This document shows, in pieces, positions 18,636 through 27,505 of a stretch of DNA of 34,159 bases. Below the pieces are notes generated by a model. That model searched no databases, was not told the origin of the DNA, and saw only the letters and a list, made by a program, of their open reading frames with translations. The DNA is from a virus (taxonomy: Duplodnaviria; Caudoviricetes). A program made the translations under genes and the position numbers. The first letter of the stretch is position 1. Each line of letters opens with the position of its first letter. The DNA is taken from positions 1 through 34,159 of IMG/VR virus record IMGVR_UViG_3300033420_000024; one strand, given 5' to 3'.

Positions 18636-19016
18636 TTAACAGTTAGTTTTTAATTCCAAAAAATGTTTTAATAGATTTTGAACGTGCCTATACTCCGCAA
18701 TGATTGACTTATCCTTTACGAAAGGCATAGTTTCATCAATTCGCTTTAGGTGATTTTTGATTTTTTCAGGGTCAAACTTACCCTTGAAGCTCTGAAAGTC
18801 CTTGTAATGCAGGACGTTTCTTGTCTCAAGGTTGTTGTTTAGTGTAGTTATATCGATAAGGTTATCGAATAGTTTTTTATATAGATTTGCCTTCATTCCA
18901 AGATTCATTTGCATTTGCAGAATCTCGGAATATCTTATTTGTGAAAGAGCTAATAATAAATTTTGCTCTTTGTTTTCGTCGAGTTGAATTGAATCGAATA
19001 ATTTAGTATTTACCAT
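18636..19016 (-). CDS. Hypothetical protein (126 aa)
   Basis: ORF with GAGGG ribosome-binding site. Confidence 0.7.
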   Translation of the reverse strand: MVNTKLFDSIQLDENKEQNLLLALSQIRYSEILQMQMNLGMKANLYKKLFDNLIDITTLNNNLETRNVLHYKDFQSFKGKFDPEKIKNHLKRIDETMPFVKDKSIIAEYRHVQNLLKHFLELKTNC

Positions 19017-19040
19017 ACTTCCCTCACTTTTTCTTAAGTT

Positions 19041-19079
19041 AAAAATAACTTTCCGGCTACACTAAAAAGAGAGCCGGAA
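19041..19079 (-). terminator. Possible intrinsic terminator
   Basis: TTCCGGCT / AGCCGGAA stem followed on the minus strand by AGTTATTTTT. Confidence 0.45.
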
Positions 19080-19088
19080 TTTTCCTGT

Positions 19089-19529
19089 TTAGTGTACTTT
19101 AGAAAAAGCAAGAGAAGTCGGGGACTTGCCCCATGCTCTCCGCTTATAATTCGTTTTACGGATATTAGAACTTTTTCGATTAAGATTCAATAGCAAATTG
19201 TTTTCTATCCTGCTTTCAAGCTGCTTTGCAAGATTTTTACAGAACAGATCTGCCAGCTTTACGGAATCGAATTTGAGATCGGTAATTTTACATGTGCTCA
19301 TTTTCGGGGATATCGATTCCGGTTCTGACAACCCTATTTCTTTTCTTAACCACGCTAAAGCGTCCTGGAATCTCTCGGCTTTTTCGATTTCATTTAGGTT
19401 TGTCCATGTTTCGCGGTATATCTCACCATACTCAAGAATCAGTTTCTGTGAGGTATTGGATTCTCCGTCAATCGTAATAAAATATGTTCTGTTTGCCGAT
19501 GTTCCGTATGTTATTTTTAAGCTAATCAT
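19089..19529 (-). CDS. Hypothetical protein (146 aa)
   Basis: ORF with AAGGA ribosome-binding site. Confidence 0.7.
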   Translation of the reverse strand: MISLKITYGTSANRTYFITIDGESNTSQKLILEYGEIYRETWTNLNEIEKAERFQDALAWLRKEIGLSEPESISPKMSTCKITDLKFDSVKLADLFCKNLAKQLESRIENNLLLNLNRKSSNIRKTNYKRRAWGKSPTSLAFSKVH

Positions 19530-19603
19530 TTTTATCCTTTCCTTTTGTGTTTAGTATACCCCCACCTGTAACACTACCAGGCGGGGATACGTGAGGGCAA
19601 ATA

Positions 19604-20875
19604 CTAATTCTTTTCCGGTAATGCCAGTTTCTCGGCTGAAGCTAATTCCGGTATTGCTCCACCGGCAATTAGTTTTACATCGTTATGAACTCCATAGAGG
19701 TTCTTAAGCATTGAATCAAGCTCTTTGTCTCTTTCTTTGAATCTTAACTCTGCATTTCTGAAATCTCTCTGATTAGAGCTTTTCTGATTGAAGATTGATT
19801 TTAAAGTCCGCTCCATCCTTGCCTTGAAGTCATTTCCGGTCATATAATCATATAGAGCGGTCATCTTTTCATCTTTACCGTTATTCGATTCAAATACAGA
19901 AGCTAATGAGATGGCGTGTTCTCGGAGTAGGGGAACTACTTTCTTAACTGATCTGAAATCCGTTACCCATATGCCTTCCACAATGCCAAACCCTTCAATT
20001 TCTTTTGGAAGTGTTTGAGTAACCAGAACCATCATTCCGGCTTTGGCAATTATGGCGTCATCTTTGAGCTTTGTAGGCCATGCCTTATTGAACTCTTTTG
20101 TATTCTTTGATTCAAAGATTATTTTACCGCATTCTTTGCCGTCCTGGTTCATTACAACCTGAATGCAATCGGCTCCATTAACACCCTTTGGAACTTCAAG
20201 AATTTTATCAGAGGGGAATAAATCTTTTAGTAATCTTTCCAGCATTATTTCCTGAGCTTCACCCTGCGATTGCTGAGAACCGAGTTCCAGCTTTCTTTGC
20301 ATCTCAAAAATCTGTTTTTTGAGTTCCAGTGAGGAACTTTCCAGCTCTAAAACCTTCATATCTTTTTGAGAAAGTTTTGTTTCGTAAGAAGCATTCAGCT
20401 GATCGGAAAATTCCTTAACTTTTGCGTTTACTTCATTCTGCTTTTCGATCTCTTTCAGTCTCAGCTGGTTTTCAAGATTCAAGGCTTTTGTTTGATTTTC
20501 ACTTATACTGATATTTAGGTTTTCGATAGTGCTTTGGAGCGTGCTTATGGTCCGGTTTAAAACGGAGTTTTGTTCCTCCGCTTTTTTACGTTCATCGTCG
20601 ATTCTTTGAGAATACATTTTTTCTGTATTCTCTTTGAATTTCAGGATTTCGCTTTCAGAATCTTTTTTCATTTTTTCAATTTCTGCTTGCTTTTCAACTT
20701 CAACTTTATTTTGCATTTCAGCTTGTTTGGCTGCAAGCTCGGCTTCAAACTTTGCTTTTGCATTGCTCTCGATCTCCTGAGATTTTTCAGCTAATACTTT
20801 CTGCTCAATATCACTCCTAACGGCGTCATCAAGAGAAAATTCAGTTTGGCAATTTGGACATTTAATTTTGTTCAT
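19604..20875 (-). CDS. DUF2130-like coiled-coil protein with C-terminal PD-(D/E)xK-like domain
   Basis: N-terminal CPNC, long coiled coil, QQSQGEAQE...FPSD...GADC...IIFESK...W..KLKDD. Confidence 0.8.
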   Translation of the reverse strand: MNKIKCPNCQTEFSLDDAVRSDIEQKVLAEKSQEIESNAKAKFEAELAAKQAEMQNKVEVEKQAEIEKMKKDSESEILKFKENTEKMYSQRIDDERKKAEEQNSVLNRTISTLQSTIENLNISISENQTKALNLENQLRLKEIEKQNEVNAKVKEFSDQLNASYETKLSQKDMKVLELESSSLELKKQIFEMQRKLELGSQQSQGEAQEIMLERLLKDLFPSDKILEVPKGVNGADCIQVVMNQDGKECGKIIFESKNTKEFNKAWPTKLKDDAIIAKAGMMVLVTQTLPKEIEGFGIVEGIWVTDFRSVKKVVPLLREHAISLASVFESNNGKDEKMTALYDYMTGNDFKARMERTLKSIFNQKSSNQRDFRNAELRFKERDKELDSMLKNLYGVHNDVKLIAGGAIPELASAEKLALPEKN

Positions 20876-20877
20876 GG

Positions 20878-21912
20878 TTAGTTCCCCATCTTTTTAATTG
20901 AAACTTTCTCATACGAATACCCCTCACCGTAAGGCGCTTTTACTTCTTTAGGAATATTGTATTTTGTTGAATTAACGGTTGCAACTTTTATTTCGAAGTT
21001 ATCAAGAATAAGGAATTGTGAGCCGGTTTGCTGTTTGTATTCCTTTAGGGTCTCTTTTACTTCTTCGTCAAGCTCTTCCCATCTATCATGATGATCTTTG
21101 AGGATATCCCGCTCAATCAGCTTCTCAGTTAGGTCTGCATTGTCAATGAATCTTGCTCCGTCATTCTGGAAGTTGTTAGCATCGCATATATGATTGAAGG
21201 GGCAATCATCACAAACTCCCTCGATATACTCAGCGTCCGGAATTTCATTGTTATTTACATACCGATTAATTCTTTCACATTTGCGTAAAATCTCGGTTTC
21301 AATAAATTCATCATCACGGTAAAACTTGATAGCTTTCAACATACCGGTTGACTTATTACACAAAATCAGATAAGCGTACTCTTCAAACTCTTGTTTCTCG
21401 AACGAGGCTAAATAAAGATATGCCTGTAATTGAGTATAATAATTACGATAAAAGAATTTTTTTGAGTTTAGGAAATCTTCCGGAGTGTTATACTTCTTGA
21501 ACTCCAATCCTGAGAATGATTTGATTTCAGCGATAACCCATCTATGCGATATTGCCTTATGTCTGATCTTTGCATCGATTTTACCGGAAAGGTTAAACTG
21601 GTAATCCTTCAAAGGTCTTTGAGATTCAGCTACCTCGAAACGGTTATCAGTGAGTTTCTGAATAACATATCTTTCGATAGCATTTCCAAGATCGAAAATA
21701 TTTTGTAGTGTTACGGAATGCTTCTGAGCGTCCGCGCTTCTTAATCTTTTGTATACTAAAAAGCGATCGCAAGAATGTCCGAGATTCGAGGGAGTATTTG
21801 AACTTGAAGGATATACCGTTATCCTTCTTTCTGTGTCGACATCAAACAGTTTGTTTATGTCGATTGGCGCTTCTTGCTCAGTTATTGCCTGAGCGCTATC
21901 AAAGTCTATCAT
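20878..21912 (-). CDS. Cas4/RecB-like PD-(D/E)xK exonuclease with four conserved Cys
   Basis: SCDR, GKIDA, EIKS, QLQAY, CDDCPFNHIC; ATG at 21912 after GAGGA. Confidence 0.85.
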   Translation of the reverse strand: MIDFDSAQAITEQEAPIDINKLFDVDTERRITVYPSSSNTPSNLGHSCDRFLVYKRLRSADAQKHSVTLQNIFDLGNAIERYVIQKLTDNRFEVAESQRPLKDYQFNLSGKIDAKIRHKAISHRWVIAEIKSFSGLEFKKYNTPEDFLNSKKFFYRNYYTQLQAYLYLASFEKQEFEEYAYLILCNKSTGMLKAIKFYRDDEFIETEILRKCERINRYVNNNEIPDAEYIEGVCDDCPFNHICDANNFQNDGARFIDNADLTEKLIERDILKDHHDRWEELDEEVKETLKEYKQQTGSQFLILDNFEIKVATVNSTKYNIPKEVKAPYGEGYSYEKVSIKKMGN

Positions 21913-22005
21913 ATTTTTCCTCAAAATATAATTTGTTAATTATTTATTTTTTAATTATATTTGAGGGCTATAGTGAAAATTATAGCCCTGTATTCACAAA
22001 TCAGA

Positions 22006-23088
22006 TCAGTTAACTTTGGTCGGTGCGCTGGTCTGGTTTGCTTTTTCTTCTATTTTTTCTTCTAAGGTTTCCTTAAACTCTTTTAGTTTGCCAACATCTC
22101 TTATTGCTTTCAGCTGCTCAGCTGTGATTGTAAACTCTTCTAAGGTTAATACAAACGCTTTCTTGTCGGCTTCACTAAGCACGCCGATTGCTTTCATAAT
22201 CGAAAGGCATTCTTTGTCATTTGCCGACTGTTTCTTTTTCTTTTCGGCATTCAGTAGGTTTTCTACTTTCGGGACCAAGATATCAAGTGCTTTCTCAGAT
22301 AGGTTTGCAGGTCTGGTTTTACCTTTTACCGGATTTCCGTCCTTGCCTTTAAATGAGGTCAATTCAGAGCAAAGATTTTCAGCTTCCTTCGTGTTCCCGT
22401 TACAGATTTCAAGTAGTTTATTCCATACCTCGTTGGCTTTTTCGGAATCGGCTTTGGTTGTTGTCCCAAAACTTACAGACTTACAATCTTCTTTTTTGAC
22501 ATGACTTAGATCATCCCAAGTTAAGCCATCCAATCCGAGAAGTTTTTTCGTGCCTCTTGCTCTCCAGTTAGCTTTTGCCTTCTTGAGCCAAAAGAAAAAA
22601 TTGTCTTTTGTCTTTTCGTTATTCATATCTTCCATTGAAGCTCCGCCTTCAAAAGAAGCCTGAATACCAAGCGTTTTGGAGTGTAATTGACCGGAAATAA
22701 AGAACGCCTTTATGATCCCTTGTAAAGAATCGGATTCTGTTATGTTCTTTTTAGTTCCGTTTTCATAGACAACTTCAATTTTCACGTTTGATTCGCCTAT
22801 CCCAAATACTGCCATAAACTGGTTCATTGCGCTTTCTCCAAGATAGGGGTTGTCTTGCCAGTTTATTACATTATTTTTGTTAAGTCTGGCAATACAGAAC
22901 TCCCTCATTTTGTTGAGATAGGTAAATGATTTTTCAAGGTCAGCAAGTTTCTTATCAAGATCAATTTCCTGCGATACGTGCAGAATCATGCTCTCTTGCT
23001 CTAAAGGTCTATCATCCGCCTTGATTTCCTCAACCTGTGCCTCGAATAGGTCAGGAGCTTCGTTGTTTACTTTTTTCTGGTTTTCCAT
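22006..23088 (-). CDS. Hypothetical protein, putative single-strand annealing/recombination partner
   Basis: Position directly upstream of the exonuclease; family not recognised with certainty. Confidence 0.5.
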   Translation of the reverse strand: MENQKKVNNEAPDLFEAQVEEIKADDRPLEQESMILHVSQEIDLDKKLADLEKSFTYLNKMREFCIARLNKNNVINWQDNPYLGESAMNQFMAVFGIGESNVKIEVVYENGTKKNITESDSLQGIIKAFFISGQLHSKTLGIQASFEGGASMEDMNNEKTKDNFFFWLKKAKANWRARGTKKLLGLDGLTWDDLSHVKKEDCKSVSFGTTTKADSEKANEVWNKLLEICNGNTKEAENLCSELTSFKGKDGNPVKGKTRPANLSEKALDILVPKVENLLNAEKKKKQSANDKECLSIMKAIGVLSEADKKAFVLTLEEFTITAEQLKAIRDVGKLKEFKETLEEKIEEKANQTSAPTKVN

Positions 23089-23109
23089 TTTTTTCTTTAC
23101 CCTCACTGG

Positions 23110-23325
23110 TTAGTTATTAAAATATTTCTCATATTCGTTACGAATACGATTCACAAATTTGAAACTCTTTTCTTTTATCTTGTTTTCGTATTCTCTGCCT
23201 TTGCCTTTTTCCCATGCTACACTACCAACTGTTACAGAATAGGCTCTCTTGCCTTCCTCTTGAATACTTACTCTCAGTTTTCGGGTATTGGTTACAAATA
23301 CCCTTATGTATACAAATTTATCCAT
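23110..23325 (-). CDS. Hypothetical protein (71 aa)
   Basis: Overlaps the upstream stop; early-operon context. Confidence 0.65.
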   Translation of the reverse strand: MDKFVYIRVFVTNTRKLRVSIQEEGKRAYSVTVGSVAWEKGKGREYENKIKEKSFKFVNRIRNEYEKYFNN

Positions 23326-23599
23326 TTGCTTTCACACCGAGAATGTTTGTAAATGCTATTGTGTTGGCTTTGTTGAAATACATTACAACAAAATCGTTGT
23401 TTGATAGGTGTCTTTTTACTATATCGTTTGCGGTTTCGACCGGGATTCTGCCTTTGGCGTGTGTGATTAGAGGTTTACTTATGCTTTTAGATGTTATACT
23501 TGACGAATAATAATTATCAATTAACTCATATACTTCGTCAACATGGCTTCCATCTTCGATTTTTTCGATTATGATTTTTTTGTAGTATTTGATTTCCAT
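23318..23599 (-). CDS. Hypothetical protein (93 aa)
   Basis: ORF with AGGA ribosome-binding site. Confidence 0.65.
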   Translation of the reverse strand: MEIKYYKKIIIEKIEDGSHVDEVYELIDNYYSSSITSKSISKPLITHAKGRIPVETANDIVKRHLSNNDFVVMYFNKANTIAFTNILGVKANG

Positions 23600-23678
23600 G
23601 ACTGTAATTCCTAATTACTTTTAGTTCAAATATAATTCATGATTTTTGATTTTGTTAGTCATCATTTGTCAAATGACC

Positions 23679-23849
23679 CTAATTCTTTGAAAATTTTAAT
23701 ACGATACCCTGCCTTACAGCGTCAATTTCTTGACTGTTTAGGCGTCTAAGGGTTAAACCGTTTTTTAGTTTGATTGCTCTTTGTGGGTTGTGTGCCGGTA
23801 TTCTTACTGTGTAAATCCCCGCTTGATATTTGCCTGCTAAATTTCTCAT
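23679..23849 (-). CDS. First gene of the leftward early operon, 56-aa basic protein (not in the ORF track)
   Basis: GAGGG site then MRNLAGKYQAGIYTVRIPAHNPQRAIKLKNGLTLRRLNSQEIDAVRQGIVLKFSKN. Confidence 0.6.
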   Translation of the reverse strand: MRNLAGKYQAGIYTVRIPAHNPQRAIKLKNGLTLRRLNSQEIDAVRQGIVLKFSKN

Positions 23850-23883
23850 TTTGCCCTCTGATTTATGTTATTGTTACATGTGC

Positions 23884-23912
23884 AACATAATTATATTGTT
23901 GTAGTATTACAA
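23884..23912 (-). promoter_or_regulatory. Leftward sigma70-like promoter
   Basis: TTGTAA-17 bp-TATGTT on the minus strand upstream of 23849. Confidence 0.5.
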
Positions 23913-23978
23913 GGTAGAATATAATCCTTGAATAATATTTACCCTTTATTATGACTTGTTGTATTGTTATATTGTTGT
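23891..23978. promoter_or_regulatory. Two copies of TTATATTGTTGT (candidate operators) and a rightward extended -10
   Basis: Exact 12-mers at 23891-23902 and 23967-23978; TGtTATATT at 23965-23973, 7 nt before ATG 23980. Confidence 0.5.
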
Positions 23979-23979
23979 C

Positions 23980-24354
23980 ATGAAATCATATAAGAAAATA
24001 GGCGTTAGACTCGATGAGGTTTCTTTCAGAAAAGTCAAAGAATACTCCATAATGAACGATATCAGTATGTCGGAAATTATTTGCACTTTGTTGAATAAAA
24101 CCCCCCTAATCCTTAAGACAAGGCAAATTGGAGAAGTGATAAATGAAGCTAAAGAGAAAGGCAATGTTAATATCAAAATGCTTGCCTTATTCCCCAGCGA
24201 TAAAATTATTTTGAAACTTAAAAATATGTGTCTAAAAAATAACACCTCATTCTCCGAAATAGTCCGCAACTTAATCCATGAGGCTAATTTCAGTGAATTT
24301 GATTTTAAGACCAAGGGTCAGAAAATCACAGAGAGTAAGAAAAAGAAGAAATAA
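23980..24354 (+). CDS. Tandem ribbon-helix-helix regulator, candidate repressor
   Basis: Two RHH-like units: IGVRLDEVSFRKVKEYSIMNDISMSEIICTLL and LALFPSDKIILKLKNMCLKNNTSFSEIVRNLI; divergent from the early operon. Confidence 0.7.
   Translation: MKSYKKIGVRLDEVSFRKVKEYSIMNDISMSEIICTLLNKTPLILKTRQIGEVINEAKEKGNVNIKMLALFPSDKIILKLKNMCLKNNTSFSEIVRNLIHEANFSEFDFKTKGQKITESKKKKK
24270..24354 (+). repeat. Direct repeat copy 1 (3' end of the RHH gene)
   Basis: 24270-24341 is identical to 25118-25189 (72 bp); similarity continues to the stop codon. Confidence 0.95.
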
Positions 24355-24413
24355 TATTTACAAAGAAGCGAAACTTAGAAAGTAAATTTTAATAAAATAA
24401 ATTCGGGGCAAAG

Positions 24414-25106
24414 GTGAAACGAGCGATTTATCCGTTGATATTTATCTTAATCTTGTTGTGTGCTTCATGTAGTAAAGATAGCAACCCTGTTGAATCAACC
24501 CCAAAAAGCGATGGCACAGTAACCGATATTGACGGCAATATTTATAATTATATTACCATAGGCAATCAAACGTGGATGCAAGAAAATTTAAAAACAACAA
24601 AATATAGAAACGGCGATGCGTTACCAAACGTAACTACGAATGGGGATTGGATAGTGCTTAAAACCGGCACATACTGTGATTACAACAACAATCCTACAAA
24701 CGCTGAAATATATGGAAGGCTATACAACTGGTATGCGGTGAATGATACGAGAGGTCTTGCCCCTCTTGGTTGGCATGTAGCAAGCGATTCTGAGTGGACA
24801 AAGCTAATTAATTATTTGGGTGGTGAGTCAGTAGCAGGAAGCAAATTAAAAAAGCTTCATAATTCTTACTGGCAAACTTCCGATATAGTTGTGAGTAACA
24901 GTAGCGGGTTCGAGGCTATACCCAGCGGTTTTCGTAATATCGACGGTTCTTTTGTGTGGCTTGGCTATACTACCTATTGGTGGACTTCGACAGTAGATAA
25001 CTTTAGTGCGGCATGGAATAGGCATTTGCATTACGATTTTGAAAAAATATTCAGGGATAGTAATGAAAAAAACGGTGGTTTTTCGGTTCGATGTATAAAG
25101 GATTAG
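24414..25106 (+). CDS. Fibrobacter succinogenes major paralogous domain (Fib_succ_major) lipoprotein
   Basis: Lipobox-like CASC; VTDIDGNIY..ITIGNQTWMQENL, YGRLYNWYA, PLGWHV..DSEW, GFSVRCIKD. Confidence 0.93.
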   Translation: MKRAIYPLIFILILLCASCSKDSNPVESTPKSDGTVTDIDGNIYNYITIGNQTWMQENLKTTKYRNGDALPNVTTNGDWIVLKTGTYCDYNNNPTNAEIYGRLYNWYAVNDTRGLAPLGWHVASDSEWTKLINYLGGESVAGSKLKKLHNSYWQTSDIVVSNSSGFEAIPSGFRNIDGSFVWLGYTTYWWTSTVDNFSAAWNRHLHYDFEKIFRDSNEKNGGFSVRCIKD

Positions 25107-25117
25107 ATTACATTACG

Positions 25118-25202
25118 CTTAATCCATGAGGCTAATTTCAGTGAATTTGATTTTAAGACCAAGGGTCAGAAAATCACAGAGAGTAAGAAGAAACAGAAGT
25201 AA
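25118..25202 (+). repeat. Direct repeat copy 2 (orphan alternative RHH C-terminus)
   Basis: Encodes LIHEANFSEFDFKTKGQKITESKKKQK-stop, against ...ESKKKKK-stop in copy 1. Confidence 0.95.
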
Positions 25203-25271
25203 CGGCTCACCCAGATAGCCTCAGAGTGAAAAAATAAGGAGTTCTTATCTTTCAGTGTATTCAATAATTAT

Positions 25272-25300
25272 TTGAATTTTTCATGAATTATACTTATCTT
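25272..25300 (+). promoter_or_regulatory. Candidate promoter for the dinD-like gene
   Basis: TTGAAT-17 bp-TATCTT, followed by a GAGGGT site and ATG 25323. Confidence 0.45.
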
Positions 25301-25322
25301 CAAATAATAACGAGGGTAAAAT

Positions 25323-26144
25323 ATGAATAACGAAATAAATCAAAAAGCATTGACCTTGTCATTCGAGGATTTCAAAAAAGAAAATGGAATGACTTATTGG
25401 TGGGCAAGCGATCTGTTAAGAATGCTTGGCTACAAAGATTTGAAGAGTTTTCAGGGCGCAATCGATAGAGCAATAAAAGCCTGCCTAACCCTAAAAATAT
25501 CCCACGATTCTAATTTTTTGACTGAATATCGAGGCGAAAATAAAATAAAAGATTACAAGCTAACCCGCTTCGCCTGTTATCTTACCGTTATGAATGCCGA
25601 TCCCAAAAAGCCGGAAGTTGCAAAGGCTCAGGTTTATTTCGCAGAACAAACAAGAAAATTCGAGTTGTATCTTGAAAGCACTGAAGAGTTCGACCGGTTA
25701 CTAGTCAGAGATGAACTCAAAGAAGGCAATAAAGCTCTTTTTTCGGTTGCTCAAAAAGCAGGCATTGAGGATTTTGCGAAATTCAATAATGCAGGGTATC
25801 TGGGATTATATAATATGTTTAATGTAACCTTGGCAAAGGAAAGGAATATCGATAGCAAAGAATTATTTGAATATATGGGTAGAACCGAACTTGCGGCAAA
25901 TCTTTTTAGAACCACTCAAACAGAAGAAAGAATCAAGAATCAAAGAATAACCGGTCAAGAAAACCTTGAAAATACTCACAAAGAAGTTGGCGCAGAAATT
26001 AGAGACATGATGAAGAAAAATACAGGCGTCAATCCCGAAGATTTGCCTATTGAGCGAAAAATCCATGATGTTCAAAAAGAGATTAAACAGGGTTACAGAA
26101 AAATGCTGAAAGAAGATAATACCAAGAAGAAAAAAAAGACATAA
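25323..26144 (+). CDS. dinD: DNA damage-inducible protein D-like (Bro-N) protein
   Basis: DYKLTRFACYLTVMNADPKKPEVAKAQVYFAEQTR, AGYLGLY, MGRTELAANLFRTTQTEE, PEDLP. Confidence 0.9.
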   Translation: MNNEINQKALTLSFEDFKKENGMTYWWASDLLRMLGYKDLKSFQGAIDRAIKACLTLKISHDSNFLTEYRGENKIKDYKLTRFACYLTVMNADPKKPEVAKAQVYFAEQTRKFELYLESTEEFDRLLVRDELKEGNKALFSVAQKAGIEDFAKFNNAGYLGLYNMFNVTLAKERNIDSKELFEYMGRTELAANLFRTTQTEERIKNQRITGQENLENTHKEVGAEIRDMMKKNTGVNPEDLPIERKIHDVQKEIKQGYRKMLKEDNTKKKKKT

Positions 26145-26161
26145 CTTATTATAAATAATCA

Positions 26162-26177
26162 AGGGGCTTGCGCCCCT
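26162..26177. terminator. Hairpin between convergent genes
   Basis: AGGGGC-TTGC-GCCCCT between the stops at 26144 (+) and 26186 (-). Confidence 0.6.
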
Positions 26178-26185
26178 CCTTAATT

Positions 26186-26434
26186 TTACTCTTTTTTTAA
26201 CATTCTCATAGCCTGCCTTTCTGAAATCTTAATTCCATATTTTTCTTCCAATTCCAAGACAAGCATTGAGTAAATATCCATCAAAAAATACTTTCCCTCC
26301 GCTTTTAGGTTTACAAAAATAGTTTGCATTAATTGGTTTCTCTCATAATTATCTAACTGATCTTTTTCTCTTCTTTTCCGTGATACTTTTTCGCCTTCAA
26401 AATAAATCTCCGTAATAACAACAAATTTACTCAT
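26186..26434 (-). CDS. Small protein with C-terminal HTH (Mor-like)
   Basis: ERNQ...LEEKYGIKISERQAMRML. Confidence 0.5.
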   Translation of the reverse strand: MSKFVVITEIYFEGEKVSRKRREKDQLDNYERNQLMQTIFVNLKAEGKYFLMDIYSMLVLELEEKYGIKISERQAMRMLKKE

Positions 26435-26619
26435 AATTTTGACCCTTAAAAATGATTATAAAGATAGTTTTTTCTTATGAGTGTAGGGTATTGGTATTAT
26501 CGGAATGGTATATAATAATATAACCGGTTGTTAGTGAGTGGATACGCTGTTTTTTTTATTTTACTTTTCACAAAAAATGATTATATTCCCTGAGCGATTA
26601 TTTAAAAAAGTGAGAAGAA

Positions 26620-27447
26620 ATGAAGAAACATTTATTGTTATATTTAGCCTCAGCGTTCTTTCTGATCGCCTGCTCAGCTTCACACGAGCCAAATGGAGGC
26701 GATAAAATCCCAGAGGCGATTCAGGATACTACCCTTCCCTACAATAGCGTTCATTTATCGTTAGGGTTACCGGTTGATGCCGATTCAACCGATGAATATG
26801 TTTTAGTACGCCCTCAGTATGCCCTTTCTTATAATAAAAATCTGAATGTTTCCAACTGGGTGTCATGGGAGTTGAACAGTAATTGGTTTGGTGATGTTGA
26901 TCGATATTCAGGTAATTTCATTCAGGACCCACTATTGCCGGAAGGATATTATAGGGTAACTCACAATGATTATACAAATAGCGGTTATGACCGCGGACAT
27001 ATGGTCCGGAGTGAAGAGAGAACCAGAACAGACGAAGATAATAAAAGCACTTTCTATACAACAAACATATTACCACAAATGCCGGATCTAAATCAAGGGG
27101 TTTGGCTTAATTTGGAATATCATTGTGAAGACCTTTGCAAACAGCAAAATAAAGAATTATTTGTTTTAGCTGGCGGAGTGTTTTACACAAAAAATAAATT
27201 AAAAAACGTTGTAACGGTTCCGGATTCCTGCTGGAAAATAATTATAATTTTGAATAAAGGTCAAGGAATAGGTGATATTAACGGCAATACGGAAGTTATC
27301 GCCGTGATGATGCCGAATATTGCGGGAATCCGGAAAGATACTTGGGATAAATACAAAACAACTATCCGAAGGATCGAAGGATCGACCGGATATAATTTCT
27401 TATCAAGAGTGAGTAAGTCAATTCAAGACGTGATAGAGAATAAATAA
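26620..27447 (+). CDS. DNA/RNA non-specific endonuclease lipoprotein (NucA/Serratia family)
   Basis: Lipobox LIAC; YALSYN, NWVSW, SGYDRGH, TNILPQ..DLNQGVW..LE; candidate promoter TTTACT-17-TATATT upstream. Confidence 0.93.
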   Translation: MKKHLLLYLASAFFLIACSASHEPNGGDKIPEAIQDTTLPYNSVHLSLGLPVDADSTDEYVLVRPQYALSYNKNLNVSNWVSWELNSNWFGDVDRYSGNFIQDPLLPEGYYRVTHNDYTNSGYDRGHMVRSEERTRTDEDNKSTFYTTNILPQMPDLNQGVWLNLEYHCEDLCKQQNKELFVLAGGVFYTKNKLKNVVTVPDSCWKIIIILNKGQGIGDINGNTEVIAVMMPNIAGIRKDTWDKYKTTIRRIEGSTGYNFLSRVSKSIQDVIENK

Positions 27448-27448
27448 A

Positions 27449-27479
27449 ACAACCCCGCCTCGAACTAAAACAGGGTTGT
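27449..27479. terminator. Weak hairpin between convergent nuclease and lysis genes
   Basis: ACAACCC...GGGTTGT with a long loop; T-run follows on the minus strand. Confidence 0.4.
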
Positions 27480-27505
27480 GATTAAGGAAGTGATTTAAGA
27501 AGAAA

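Noticed and set aside
20878-21912. CRISPR-Cas locus around the Cas4-like gene
   Set aside because: No repeat-spacer array or other cas genes; solo Cas4-like exonucleases are common in phage recombination modules.
366-23510. Plus-strand ORFs in the track (e.g. 505-819, 9649-9981, 14420-14839, 22016-22504), and similar antisense ORFs further right
   Set aside because: They are antisense shadows of well-supported genes, with Phe/Ser/Leu-rich composition and no motifs.
23879-23908. dif-like XerCD site
   Set aside because: Only a partial resemblance (CATAA); no TTATGTTAAAT-like arm at the right spacing. Better explained as promoter and operator.
24414-25202. Diversity-generating retroelement targeting the Fib_succ_major gene
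   Set aside because: The nearby repeat copies the RHH gene end, not the lipoprotein's 3' end; 72 bp are identical; no reverse transcriptase is in the window.
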